Positions 1 to 10,700 of a DNA stretch of 64,000 bases are shown in pieces; the stretch's first letter is position 1, and each line of letters begins with the position of its first letter. The stretch comes from Phoronis australis. Taxonomy: Eukaryota > Animalia > Phoronida. Location: the NCBI GenBank assembly GCA_002633005.1, contig NMRA01000026.1:701816-765815 (forward strand). The letters run 5' to 3'. The notes under the pieces were generated by a model, which worked only from the letters and a program-made list of their open reading frames with translations, was not told the origin of the DNA and ran no database searches. Both the position numbers and the translations under genes were made by a program.

Positions 1-170
1 ACGCAACAAATGTGCCATGGTCATAAGGCCGGTCCTATCGCACGGATCACCTGTTTATGACTTTTCATGACCCCTCGGTGTCCTGTTTCTCAGAGGTAAA
101 GTCTTCCAATTTACTTGTTTGCGTCTCACAACTTGTTGGTTAACTCGTACATTTTGTTCTCTAGCAGCCT

Positions 171-1193
171 TCAATCCTCGCTTGTAACTGTCACGTCTCT
201 CGTGTGATAGCCCACTTTTCTGTAAAAAACTTGCCGAAATTTTTTGTTGCTTGCACAATAGATAATGAAGTTAAATGTGTACGTGAACAGCTCCAGACAG
301 TTCACCACAAGTCTATACGTTCTATATTGCGTGGAACTGAGCGTCTCATCTTGAAAGAGAGGCCGTGCAATAGAGGGCGACGCAAACACTATGGGGATAT
401 TGCCCAGCAAGAAAATCACGATTACAATGAGGACCATCATTGCAAGCCTGCGATGCATCTGTTCTCGTTTTATTCGCACGTGATTTTGAAATCTTACGAG
501 ATCTTCGGCTGGTTGCGTCCTACTTACTTGATGTATCAACAAAACACTCAGAATGATCAAGGCAATTGAGGAGGCGTAGTTTCCAAATGTGGCTTTGACC
601 CAAGAGTTGGATTTATCCAAGTAATACATTACGTCTCCCGCGGAATATTTTGGTTGAATTTCGTTGCAGTCGTTTATTTCATAGGACATAATGTATCCAC
701 TGTTGATCAGGATGGACGCCATAGCCAAAATGACAATAACGCGACGAGCAGTTTGTCGCGTGCATAGTATCTTGCTCCTTATTGGATACTTGATGTAGAC
801 ATAGCGCTCAACTGCCAGGGTCACCGTTAACCAAACACTCAGTGTTCCAGACATGTTGTTTAGCGGCAGATAAATGTAAATCTCGTAGAACCGTCGCCAG
901 TAGTATGTCTGCTGCAATCCGTGACACTCGGTACACCGAGAAACACCGATACACGATCCAATTGCAAGGGTTATCGTGTCAGAGACGGCCAGCATTCGTA
1001 GATAGGTATAGGTGGACAGGCGGAAGGACTTGTGAGAGAGCACAATCAGGTTAAGAATGTTGAATGCAATTCCAAGGGCGCAAGCACTTGGAAAGATGTA
1101 AACATACAATATGTTTTCCTCGTAGAGGGTTATGTCAGTGTAATTACATGTTGATTCGTTGTACACTGACCTATTGTCTGCCGTGTCCAGCAT
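171..1193 (-). CDS. Intronless class A (rhodopsin-like) GPCR, FMRFamide/sex-peptide-receptor-like (srw-like) group, ~340 aa
   Basis: Seven hydrophobic segments. Motifs: TM1 GIAFNILNLIVL, TM2 LAVSD, TM3 LAVERY..IKYP, TM6 GNIP, TM7 NFIIY. N-terminal sequons NRS/NES/NYT. The ORF track starts at a GTG (1253); the first ATG is at 1193 (MLDTADN...). Confidence 0.9.
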   Translation of the reverse strand: MLDTADNRSVYNESTCNYTDITLYEENILYVYIFPSACALGIAFNILNLIVLSHKSFRLSTYTYLRMLAVSDTITLAIGSCIGVSRCTECHGLQQTYYWRRFYEIYIYLPLNNMSGTLSVWLTVTLAVERYVYIKYPIRSKILCTRQTARRVIVILAMASILINSGYIMSYEINDCNEIQPKYSAGDVMYYLDKSNSWVKATFGNYASSIALIILSVLLIHQVSRTQPAEDLVRFQNHVRIKREQMHRRLAMMVLIVIVIFLLGNIPIVFASPSIARPLFQDETLSSTQYRTYRLVVNCLELFTYTFNFIIYCASNKKFRQVFYRKVGYHTRDVTVTSED

Positions 1194-3115
1194 ACTTCTT
1201 AGCTCAGCAAACGTCCTGTTACATCTGGTCAGCCATGATGGTCCCAGCTCCACTGGTGTCTGCTACGTATGTCATTCAACGTTCACTCATTTGTTTTACA
1301 CGGTTGTCGCATTGGCGCGACAATTCTACACTTCTTATGTTTCCTGCAACAGCACATCAACTTGTTACACTATGGTTCAGATGAAAATAACTCTTTCGTC
1401 AAATGATACGCATAAACACATTTTGATGACACATTGGTCACGAGTATCTCCAATAGTCACATGAATTGTTACCAGGCATAAGATAAAGCCTGATGGTTTA
1501 ATCGCATACTTGGCTGAGATAAAACATCTATGTGATAGAGATTATTATATCATTGTTAGAATTATTCTATTCTGTACGAGAAAATTTTAAAAATTTCATT
1601 TTTTTTCATACTGGGGTCTCTGTAGTAGTGTGTATAGGATTCCATTCAGAAACGAATGAATGGAAAAAATTATGCAAATGCATATCAGCCTCTCTCCATG
1701 TTCTTTGCTCCTGTGACGTGGGAGGTCTTTGTTCTCGCCATATCTCATGAGAGGATTGGTCGACAAAACAGAAGAAGCTTAATATGTAACCATAGTCTTT
1801 GTTGGGAGGGGGCGCTGTTGTGTCAAACAATTCTTTTGTCTTGTATCTCTGATATAAGGAGACCTGCAACTGTGATGTCTCATTTATTGGTCTTAGAATT
1901 GAATCTCATGCATTTGTTTACAGTAATTAATACATGTATATCACACAACATGGCAGACAATTGGAATTTTGTTCATGTGAAATTACTTCTCTGTCGACAA
2001 AATAATAGCTAATAGTAATAAAATTTTGCTCTGTTATTAGCATAATGTACATGACGTCCCAAAAATGTGCTCATGCTTTAATACAACATCGGGAGTTCAA
2101 ATTAAGTTGACTCTTTTGCCAGACATACTGTATAGTTATACCATTTTGTGAAAGTAAGCATGTGAGCCATCACATGCTCTGTATGCACGTACGGAAATGG
2201 CTAGCAGACAACTCGAATTTTGGAGAAAGAAATTTTTTTGCGTAATGACTGAAAATTTATAAAAAATCATGGATATGCGAAGACAATTAATCTTCTTCAC
2301 AAAATAATAAACAACGTATTTATTTTGCTTAATAGGCTCGATTCTTTTTTGATTACCTCTTTAACTCTTTAATGTAGTTAAAGCCAGTAATTTTGCTCCT
2401 AAGCCACTTGAAGTATCAGTGCATTTTTGGAACACCCTGTAACTTCGTCAGGCAAGTATTACACTAACAGGATTTACCTGCAAGTGGAAGAGTATCTACG
2501 GAAGTCCTCCGCACATCAAAGGCTTGGTGGCGCCACCACTGATTGAAGTAAGCTAGTCGCTATTCACGGGCTTGTCTGAACATGCTGCATGAGATAATTG
2601 TGGTCGTAAACCAACATGCTTGTTTAGCGTACGAGTTTCAAAGTGAAAAAACAAAGAATCAGTGATGCAAGTGACCAGCATGACTGTTTTTAAAATTGAA
2701 AAGGAAATAGTGGATGTCTTTGAATTTTTAAAATTGATGCGTTATTAGAGAAATTAGCGAGTAGGTTTTTTTTCGGCATTGTGGCCAGGAGTATTAATTT
2801 GTGAATCGGTCAGGACTGGTTAGTCACAGTCTGGCTTGGGCTCGCTTCGGCGTTGAGGTAGCAGAACCCCAAATGTTGGCGAAGGATTTATCTCATGCTT
2901 GGAGTCAATAACTGTTACAAAACTGCACCCCCTAAAATTGATTATTTGTCTCTGGGTAAGTCAGTATTTGAAAAATATAGAACTGATGACGTCGGCAATT
3001 ATTTTTGTGTTAAATATCCAGGCCTGAAAGATTACAATTATACCAAACTCACAACACTTCAGTGATTAGGTCACAGACACTATAGCATTCAGTTTAAGTG
3101 CACAGACATTTAATG

Positions 3116-4129
3116 TCAAACTCCGGAGACCTGTTGATTTGACGTAGACGGAGACAACTTCACGTTACATTTGTGACCGGACATTTTCCTGCAAAACACT
3201 TCACCAAATTTCTTATTGAACGCGCAATAGATGCAAAAGTTCAGCGAAAATGTCATCATTTCCATACAGTTTGACGCAAGTCGGTATATTTGGTACGCCG
3301 GTGACGTCAAGGTGCTGTCGTTGAATACCACGCGTGCGATGGGCGCAGCGGCGAGCACGACTGGTAGGTTACCGAAGAGGAAGAAGATGACGAGTACAAT
3401 TAGCATCACCGTGAGGCGCCTCTGTAGCTTACTTCGGGCATTGTTCTTATTATGCTGGGATAACGTGTTAACCCGTGACGGCGGCTTCCTGACTTCTAAA
3501 ATGAGTAGGACGCTAAGAACTATGAGAAGAATGAGAGACACGTAGGTGACCAAGACAGCCTTCAGCCACGTTTGTGCGATGATCACATGGTATAGCACTG
3601 TCCTGGCATCGCTGAAACGTTCCAGTTGAAAACAGTCGTTGATCCTAAACATGAAAAAATGGTGATAATTTATCGCCACCCCACACACGGATAGGATAAG
3701 TATAACTTTGCGCGCGTTTTTCACCGTACAGTGTTTCTTGCTGATTACGGGATACTTAATGAACACTAGTCGCTCGGCAGCCAGGGCTACCGTGAGCCAC
3801 ACACTTACTGTTCCACTCATGTTGTTGAAAGGCAAATACACGTAGATTTCATACACCCTTCTCCAGTAGTTGGACGGGGTGGGAATGTAGCACCATTCGC
3901 AGCGCGACAGTCCAATGAAAGCCAGAATGACGAGCGTTACCATGTCGCTGATGGTCAACGCCCTCATATATGTGTACGTCGACAGTGAGAACGCCTTGTC
4001 TGACAACACGATCAGGTTAAAAGTATTACACAGCACTCCTATGCCACAAATACATGGATACACGTAACTGTAGACGATGTATTCCTCCTCCAGTAACACT
4101 GTGGCATTGCAGCTCTTGTTCATGGTCAT
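3116..4129 (-). CDS. Intronless class A GPCR, paralog of the 171-1193 gene, 337 aa
   Basis: 7TM pattern. Shares long blocks with the neighbour: STYTY(L/M)R, SRCxxC, YWRRxYEIYxYLPxNNMSGTxSVWLTV, ERxVxIKYP, NFxIYCAxNKKF. Confidence 0.92.
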   Translation of the reverse strand: MTMNKSCNATVLLEEEYIVYSYVYPCICGIGVLCNTFNLIVLSDKAFSLSTYTYMRALTISDMVTLVILAFIGLSRCEWCYIPTPSNYWRRVYEIYVYLPFNNMSGTVSVWLTVALAAERLVFIKYPVISKKHCTVKNARKVILILSVCGVAINYHHFFMFRINDCFQLERFSDARTVLYHVIIAQTWLKAVLVTYVSLILLIVLSVLLILEVRKPPSRVNTLSQHNKNNARSKLQRRLTVMLIVLVIFFLFGNLPVVLAAAPIARVVFNDSTLTSPAYQIYRLASNCMEMMTFSLNFCIYCAFNKKFGEVFCRKMSGHKCNVKLSPSTSNQQVSGV

Positions 4130-4924
4130 AAGTCTGCACCGTAGGGTTTGCCTGTTGCTCCTGCTACATGAGTTTCATACACGACTTTACCAAGTTCAGT
4201 ACTCTGATTTTCAAGATGTTTGTCCCACTTATTTCATTAGAGGCTCTGTCTCCATAAACGGTTCGTTGGATCGGCTCGATTTGCCACTGAATTTCAACTT
4301 TGGTTTCAAATGGATTCTCGGCTTTTCAAGATATTCAGCCTGGCGTCTTATGATTGGATACTTTTTGTCCCCAAACTTTCGGTAGTTTAAGACATAGAAT
4401 AGCACTCTTGCAATGGTCTTGAGGCTTTTTGCAGATTCAGATGTACGTATTCTCTAATGAACACAGTTATTCAAAAATCACTTGTCTAGTTGTGGTCACT
4501 AGTCAACCTCTGTTACATGTAATCTACTCCCGTTAATTTAATACTTCCTCTACGCGTGATGATTCGACGATTCTGTTCACGGTAAATAAACTATATTGCT
4601 TTCTAGTGGACCATTAAACCCAGCAAGCAAACATAATCATATTTATGGCGTTTACTATTTATCAAAGTAAGCACTATTTTATCATTTGATTACGTTTGTT
4701 TGCCTGAATGGATGTTAATCGCATTGTGTCTTTAATCTATGTGTTTCCTGCTTTGCTTCATCACGCTTAACAAGCATGCTAAAAGGATTAATTTAGTCTG
4801 ACCACATCCTTTCCTGGTCATATTTTAAGTGAAAAACTATGTTTTGATTATTTTACCTTCCAAGTTTGATTAACATTTAATAACAGAGTGTTTATCACGC
4901 ACCTGTTATCAACTAACGTGTGCT

Positions 4925-6146
4925 TGATGTTAGGTATTACAAGTCTGTGGACTTAAGCAAATACTATCTACAAAACTATAAGGTTTAACTCATTGAAGGA
5001 GTATATTTCTAAAAATTGGAAGCCTGTAAAGTTTCGTTTTTGACTTTTTATCAATCTGCCAGTAACTGGGTCACTGCATATCTTAAAATTAATACAGTTT
5101 AACAACATTGATGGCAAAGTTACGATATCAATATCAAAAATAGAATTTTTATGATTTTTCTAAAAAAATGGAAAGTTATGTAAAAAAACTAAGTGTTAAT
5201 TTCGAAATCTGTAACAGCATATTTTAAGATTTCTTCTTAAACATTCATGATCGTTTTTTGTTTGATGGTGAATGTTCAAGAAGAAAAATGCTGTTACTAA
5301 TTTCTAAATTTACATTTCATTTTTCATTGAACTTTTGAGTTTTTTATGAAAGTCATAACAATGTTTGATAGCTACTCATGCAAAAGTGGAAATTTTAAAA
5401 AACTAATCCTAACAGTATTTTTGAGAACATGCACAAAGCATTGTATACAAAAGTTGCAGTGAATCCTTTTTGCCATTTCTGAGAACTGGTGTTCCAAACT
5501 TGGACATTTTTCTAGGGTTATTAACATAACCTTAAATTCAGAGCATTGTTAGCAATGTATTGGGCAATAATTTTCTAAAATCAGGGTAAAATGTCAATTT
5601 TAGGACAATTCACTATGCTGGAATTTGAAGATAAAAAAATCACCAGCTTTCCAAAAATGCAAAGTTTTGAAGCAAATGTCCCCTGACTCCAGAAAAGTGT
5701 CCAAACTTGGCTAACTTCTAAAAATCGTATCTCAGACATGGCTGATCAGAATTACGTGAATTATTCAGGTATGGGGCTTTATGCAAGGTTCTCAAAAAAG
5801 GTATTGGGAGTGGTCTCACTTTTGCAGGAGGGGCTAACGGAAAAAATAATGAAGGAAAAAATAAAAAGTTATATTATATGAAAAACTCTAAGAGCGTTTT
5901 TGAGATTTCTTCTTAAACAATCCCATTCATCTCAAATGAGATTTGATTATATCATTGATATTGTTGTTTTGTTGTTTGCCATAAGCACCAAGTCACCTTG
6001 GCCATTTAATGACGCATAATAAGGAGAAAAATCAAATTCTACAGGCTTTCTACTTTCGTAAATGCATTTACCGAGTTAAAAATGTAATTTTGTACATATT
6101 TGGCAAATTATACAGAATTATGGACAAAGTCTTACGTAACCTCAAT
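4925..6146. mobile_element. Degenerate foldback/MITE-like non-autonomous DNA element (family FB-A) with ~180-bp imperfect terminal inverted arms
   Basis: Left arm (...gaagcctgtaaagtttcgtttttgactt...ctgccagtaactgggtcac) is an imperfect reverse complement of the right arm (...aatcaaattctacaggctttctactttc...cttacgtaacctcaa). Related pieces occur at ~6595-7130, 7778-7915, 9262-10350, 15620-16078, 27010-27260, 34060-34500 and 50295-50820. Boundaries are approximate. Confidence 0.6.
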
Positions 6147-7512
6147 GGGAATAATGCATGTCAACCTTGGACTGTCTTCACTTATTGAATGGTTGGTGTA
6201 TGAGCTGGTCGTCTGCTTGCTCATTGTGGTGCATCTTGTCCCATGAAATGGGTAATGCTTTTGTTACGACCATAAACAAACCCAAGGACTGATCTGGAGA
6301 CAACTTAAGAAGGTGATATCACTCAAAGTGTTGTCTGAGTCCGTTTTATTAGTCCTCTTGTTGTGTATGTAAATACACCAATGTCGTTTTTATTCCTGTT
6401 TGAGTACAGTTATAAAACCGTTCTCCTGAAGTGGCTGTGCAATCAGTTTTGCCTATTACATCTTATGAAATAAATCTCTCAAGGAATGTGTGCAGATGGT
6501 TGGTGTAGCTTTCACAGTTGAAAATCGTTTCGTGAATTTTGAAATTGTGTGACAAGTTTTCTATTTTGAATAATTGAGACATGGATAACTTTCCTTGATT
6601 ATGTTGGACCGTATCACCAAGTGTGTACATTTAGCCAAATAATTACAAAGCTGTGGAATTTAACTCGGCTAAGGTTTATGTTTTCTGAAAGAAATTTCCG
6701 TAGAATTTAATTTTTGACTTCATACCAGTCTGCCACTAATTAGGTCACATGATCTTGCTTTTTTAGGAAAATGTAGCAAAAAATAAAGTACTTACATAAA
6801 TAGGTACATTCATTTCAAAATAGCAGAATCAATTAATAAGCAAATTTCGTACGATATAAATGTTCAAAATAAAATACCAGAAATAGCCTTTCATTTTCAT
6901 TTTAGGCAACTTTAAATTTTCTTCATAAAAATCATGCAAGTCCTATTTTTTGATAGTCCCTCGTGCAAAATTGAAACATTGAAACATTTTAAAAATAATC
7001 TTTACTGTGCTTTAGATAATGGTGTGTAAAGCAGAGTATCTGAAAATTTCACGTGACTCCGATCAGCCATTTCTGAGATGCGTTGTTCTGAAGTTGGCCA
7101 AACACAAAATGTTACGTAATGACTGTCCCAAACTGGAGAATTTTTCCCTATTTCAGTCTAAGAGAATTTCTTAGTATTTACCATTCTCTAGCTAATTTTT
7201 TCCGATTGTAATATTAAATTTCAACACATTATTTTCATGCTTATGTCGTTAAAGTTCATTATACATTACTTGTGTCACTTATCAAAATCGGACTCGAAAA
7301 TTGCATGGCACATTTCAAGAAAACTTACAGATTCGTATTCTAATCATGGGGCTTCATTGATTAAGTTCTGGGTTGGAGTTGAGGTCTGAGTTTGGACCTA
7401 AGACCCTGAGCGCTGGTCTTGTGTTTTCAACATCAGATATTTCTGAGAATGGGGACACTGAGTGTTGTGATATTTTGAGCCTCATGCCTTTTACTGTTAT
7501 GTTGTCTTACAG

Positions 7513-7749
7513 AGGTATGGTCTAACAAGAGCCAGTAGATTGGCCGAATCAGTGGCACCCTTGGCTCTGTCCTTGATTCCCAGCGTACTGGTAACGGGTC
7601 CATACGACGTGCAGACGATTGTTTCTCTGCTACGTAGCCAACTAGAGGGCACCAGCTGCAGTACTGAGTACCCATGGATGTCACCCTTAGGTCTGGCCTC
7701 TCTCGTGTCAAGTCTCTTACTAACAGATGCCGATACATCAAACCAGCAG
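7513..7749 (+). CDS. FOCAD: FOCAD-like exon (copy 1), RYGLTRASRLAESVAPLALSL...SNQQ
   Basis: ttacag acceptor, CAG|gtgagt donor, 237 nt, phase 0-0, open frame. Confidence 0.75.
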
Positions 7750-10700
7750 GTGAGTTGTCTTACATAGACATAATCTCAAGGTCATGGCCTTATTGACAAT
7801 TTAGTCAAATATCTACCAAACTATAGATTTTAACTTGGTGAAGGTATAAAATTTTCTGAAAGTTGAAAGTTGTAGAATTTGATTTAAGATTTTTTACAAT
7901 CATCTGCCATTAATTGAGTATATTGATAACAAAACAATGGTATGAACATCCATTACTTGAGTATATTGATAACAAAACAATGGTATGAACATCCATTACT
8001 TGAGTATATTGATAACAAAACAATGGTATGAACATCCATTACTTGAGTATATTGATAACAAAACAATGGTATGAACATCCATTACTTGAGTATATTGATA
8101 ACAAAACAATGGTATGAACATCCATTACTTGAGTATATTGATAACAAAACAATGGTATGAACATCCATTACTTGAGTATATTGATAACAAAACAATGGTA
8201 TGANCAGGGCGTTAACCCGAACGATTACGGTAGGTCACATGATCTTGCTTTTTTAGGTTTTTTAGGAAAATGTAGCAAAAAATAAATGTAGGTACATTCA
8301 TTTCAAAATAGCAGAATCAATTAATGAGCAAATTTCGTACAATATAAATGTTCAAAATCAAATCCCAGAAATAGCATTTCATTTTCATGTTAGGCGACTT
8401 TAAATTTTCTTCATAAAAATCATGCAAGTCCTATTTTTGATAGTCCCTCGTGCAAAATTGAAACATTGGAACATTTTTAAAATAATCTTTATAGTGCTTT
8501 AGATAATGGTGTAAAGCATAGTATCTGAAAATTTCACTCCAATCAGCCATTTCTGAGATGCGATGTTCTGAAGTTGGCCAAACACAAAATGTTATTAGTG
8601 ACTGTCCCAAACTGGAGAATTTTTCCTTATTTCAGTCTAATAGAATTTCTTAGTATTTACCATTCTCTAGCTAATTTTTTCCGATTGTAACATTAAATTT
8701 CAACACATTATTTTATGCTTATGTCTTAAGTTCATGCTGGCATTATACATTACTTGTGTCACTTATCAAAATCGGACTCGAAAATTGCATGGCACATTTC
8801 AAGAAAACTTACAGATTTGTTCTCGAATCATGGGGCTTCGTTGGTTAAGTTCTGGGTTGGAGTCGAGGTCTGAGTTGGGAACTAAGACCCTGAGCGCTGG
8901 TCTTGTGTTTTCAACATCAGATATTTCTGAGAATGGGGACACTGAGTGTTGTGATATTTTGAGCCTCATGCCTTTTACTGTTATGTTGTCTTACAGAGGT
9001 ATGGTCTAACAAGAGCCAGTAGATTGGCCGAATCAGTGGCACCCTTGGCTCTGTCTTTGATTCCCAGCGTACTGGTAACGGGTCCATACGACGTGCAGAC
9101 GATTGTTTCTCTGCTACGTAGCCAACTAGAGGGCACCGGCTGCAGTACTGAGTACCCATGGATGTCACCCTTAGGTCTGGCCTCTCTCGTGTCAAGTCTC
9201 TTACTAACAGAGGCTGATACATCAAACCAACAGGTGAGTTGTCTTACATAGACATAATCTCAAGGTCATGGCCTTATTGACAAATCAGTGTATTTAGTCA
9301 AATATTTATAGATTTTAACTTGGTGAAGGTATAAATTTTCTGAAAGTAGAAAGTATGTAGAATTTGATTTTAAGATTTTTTACAACCATCTGCCATTAAT
9401 TGAGTATATTGATAACAAACAATGGTATGAACATCCATTAATTGAGTATATTGATAACAAAACAATGGTATGAACATCCATTAATTGAGTATATTGATAA
9501 CAAAACAATGGTATGAACATCCATTAATTGAGTATATTGATAACAAACAATGGTATGAACATCCATTAATTGAGTATATTGATAACAAAACAATGGTATG
9601 AACATCCATTAATTGAGTATATTGATAACAAAACAATGGTATGAACATCCATTAATTGAGTATATTGATAACAAAACAGTGGTATGAACATCCATTAATT
9701 GAGTATATTGATAACAAAACAGTGGTATGAACATCCATTAATTGAGTATATTGATAACAAAACAATGGTATGAACATCGTGATCAAATTTTATTTGAAAT
9801 ATGATGAGACCACAAAAGTTTTAGTTTTCCAAAATATTTCGCTTTCATACTATGCAATTTAAAGACTGTTCTTCATAAAACTGGTGTATTTTGGTAGCCC
9901 CTTTTACAAAAGTGGAAAGTCCATAAGGAGTAGTATTTCATAGGACTCTGAATTGTTTTTAAAATGTTTTTTTTTGCATCAGGGGCTATCAAAAATAGGA
10001 CTTTCATTCATATTTATGAAAAATTGCATAAATGAAAACGAAATGATTGTTTCGAAAACTGTAGTGGCCTGTTTGAGATTTCATCTTAAACGTTTATATC
10101 AAATATGAAAGTCAACTTGTTGATGCCGTTTTTTGTAGTCTCTGGCAATGTAGCTTTCTTTTTTTACTAATTTTTACTAAAACGGTATGGCCGCATGTCC
10201 CAATTAATGACTGGTTGTAAAAAAACAAATTCTTGTGGCAGGCTTTTCGCTTTCAGAAAGCAAAAACTTTTACTGGCAGTTAAAATCTTTAGTTTTGTAG
10301 ATTTTTGGCTAAATTACACACTCGAGTCAATAACATCTTACGTAACCGCAATGAAGTCAACTGGTACTTAGTGGCCTGTCCCTACTCTACTGTATGAGTT
10401 GATCTGATCACTGCAGTTGGGTTCTGGGCAAGTGTGGTAACTGATCTCTAGTCAAATCTTGGTTATGCTACGGGCCAGTGTCAGTTTCTGTGTTGCTAGT
10501 TTCAAATGAGTGACGAAAGTGCTATCAGTATTGCGTTACTGTGGCGACGTGTTTGCCACCATAGGATCATTTTCACCAGCATTTAGTTTTGTCTGGTTAC
10601 CGCCTGCAGGTGTCATTTTTAAGGCAGGAATTGATGGCGAGGCAATCCTTTCTCTGCAATAGATTGATTAACAATACCGTTACTCTCTCGCACAGTGGAT

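Larger units (their letters stand above)
6741..9780. repeat. ~1.5-kb direct duplication (6741-8203 vs 8231-~9780) containing one FOCAD exon
   Basis: Both copies start taggtcacatgatcttgctt and are highly similar, with small indels. They are separated by a single N at 8204 plus 26 unrelated bases. Confidence 0.9.

Noticed and set aside
1650-2860. Candidate upstream FOCAD exons (e.g. SMFFAPVTWEVFV at ~1695; AG/GT-bounded segments 2471-2547 and ~2790-2857)
   Set aside because: Similarity is weak, phases are unclear or frames contain stops. They cannot be supported without an alignment.
7433-9225. Two 102-aa minus-strand ORFs
   Set aside because: Antisense to the duplicated FOCAD exon.
7908-9778. 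Regular ~43-bp repeats as a CRISPR array
   Set aside because: The units are head-to-tail with no unique spacers, there are no cas genes, and the context is a eukaryotic intron.
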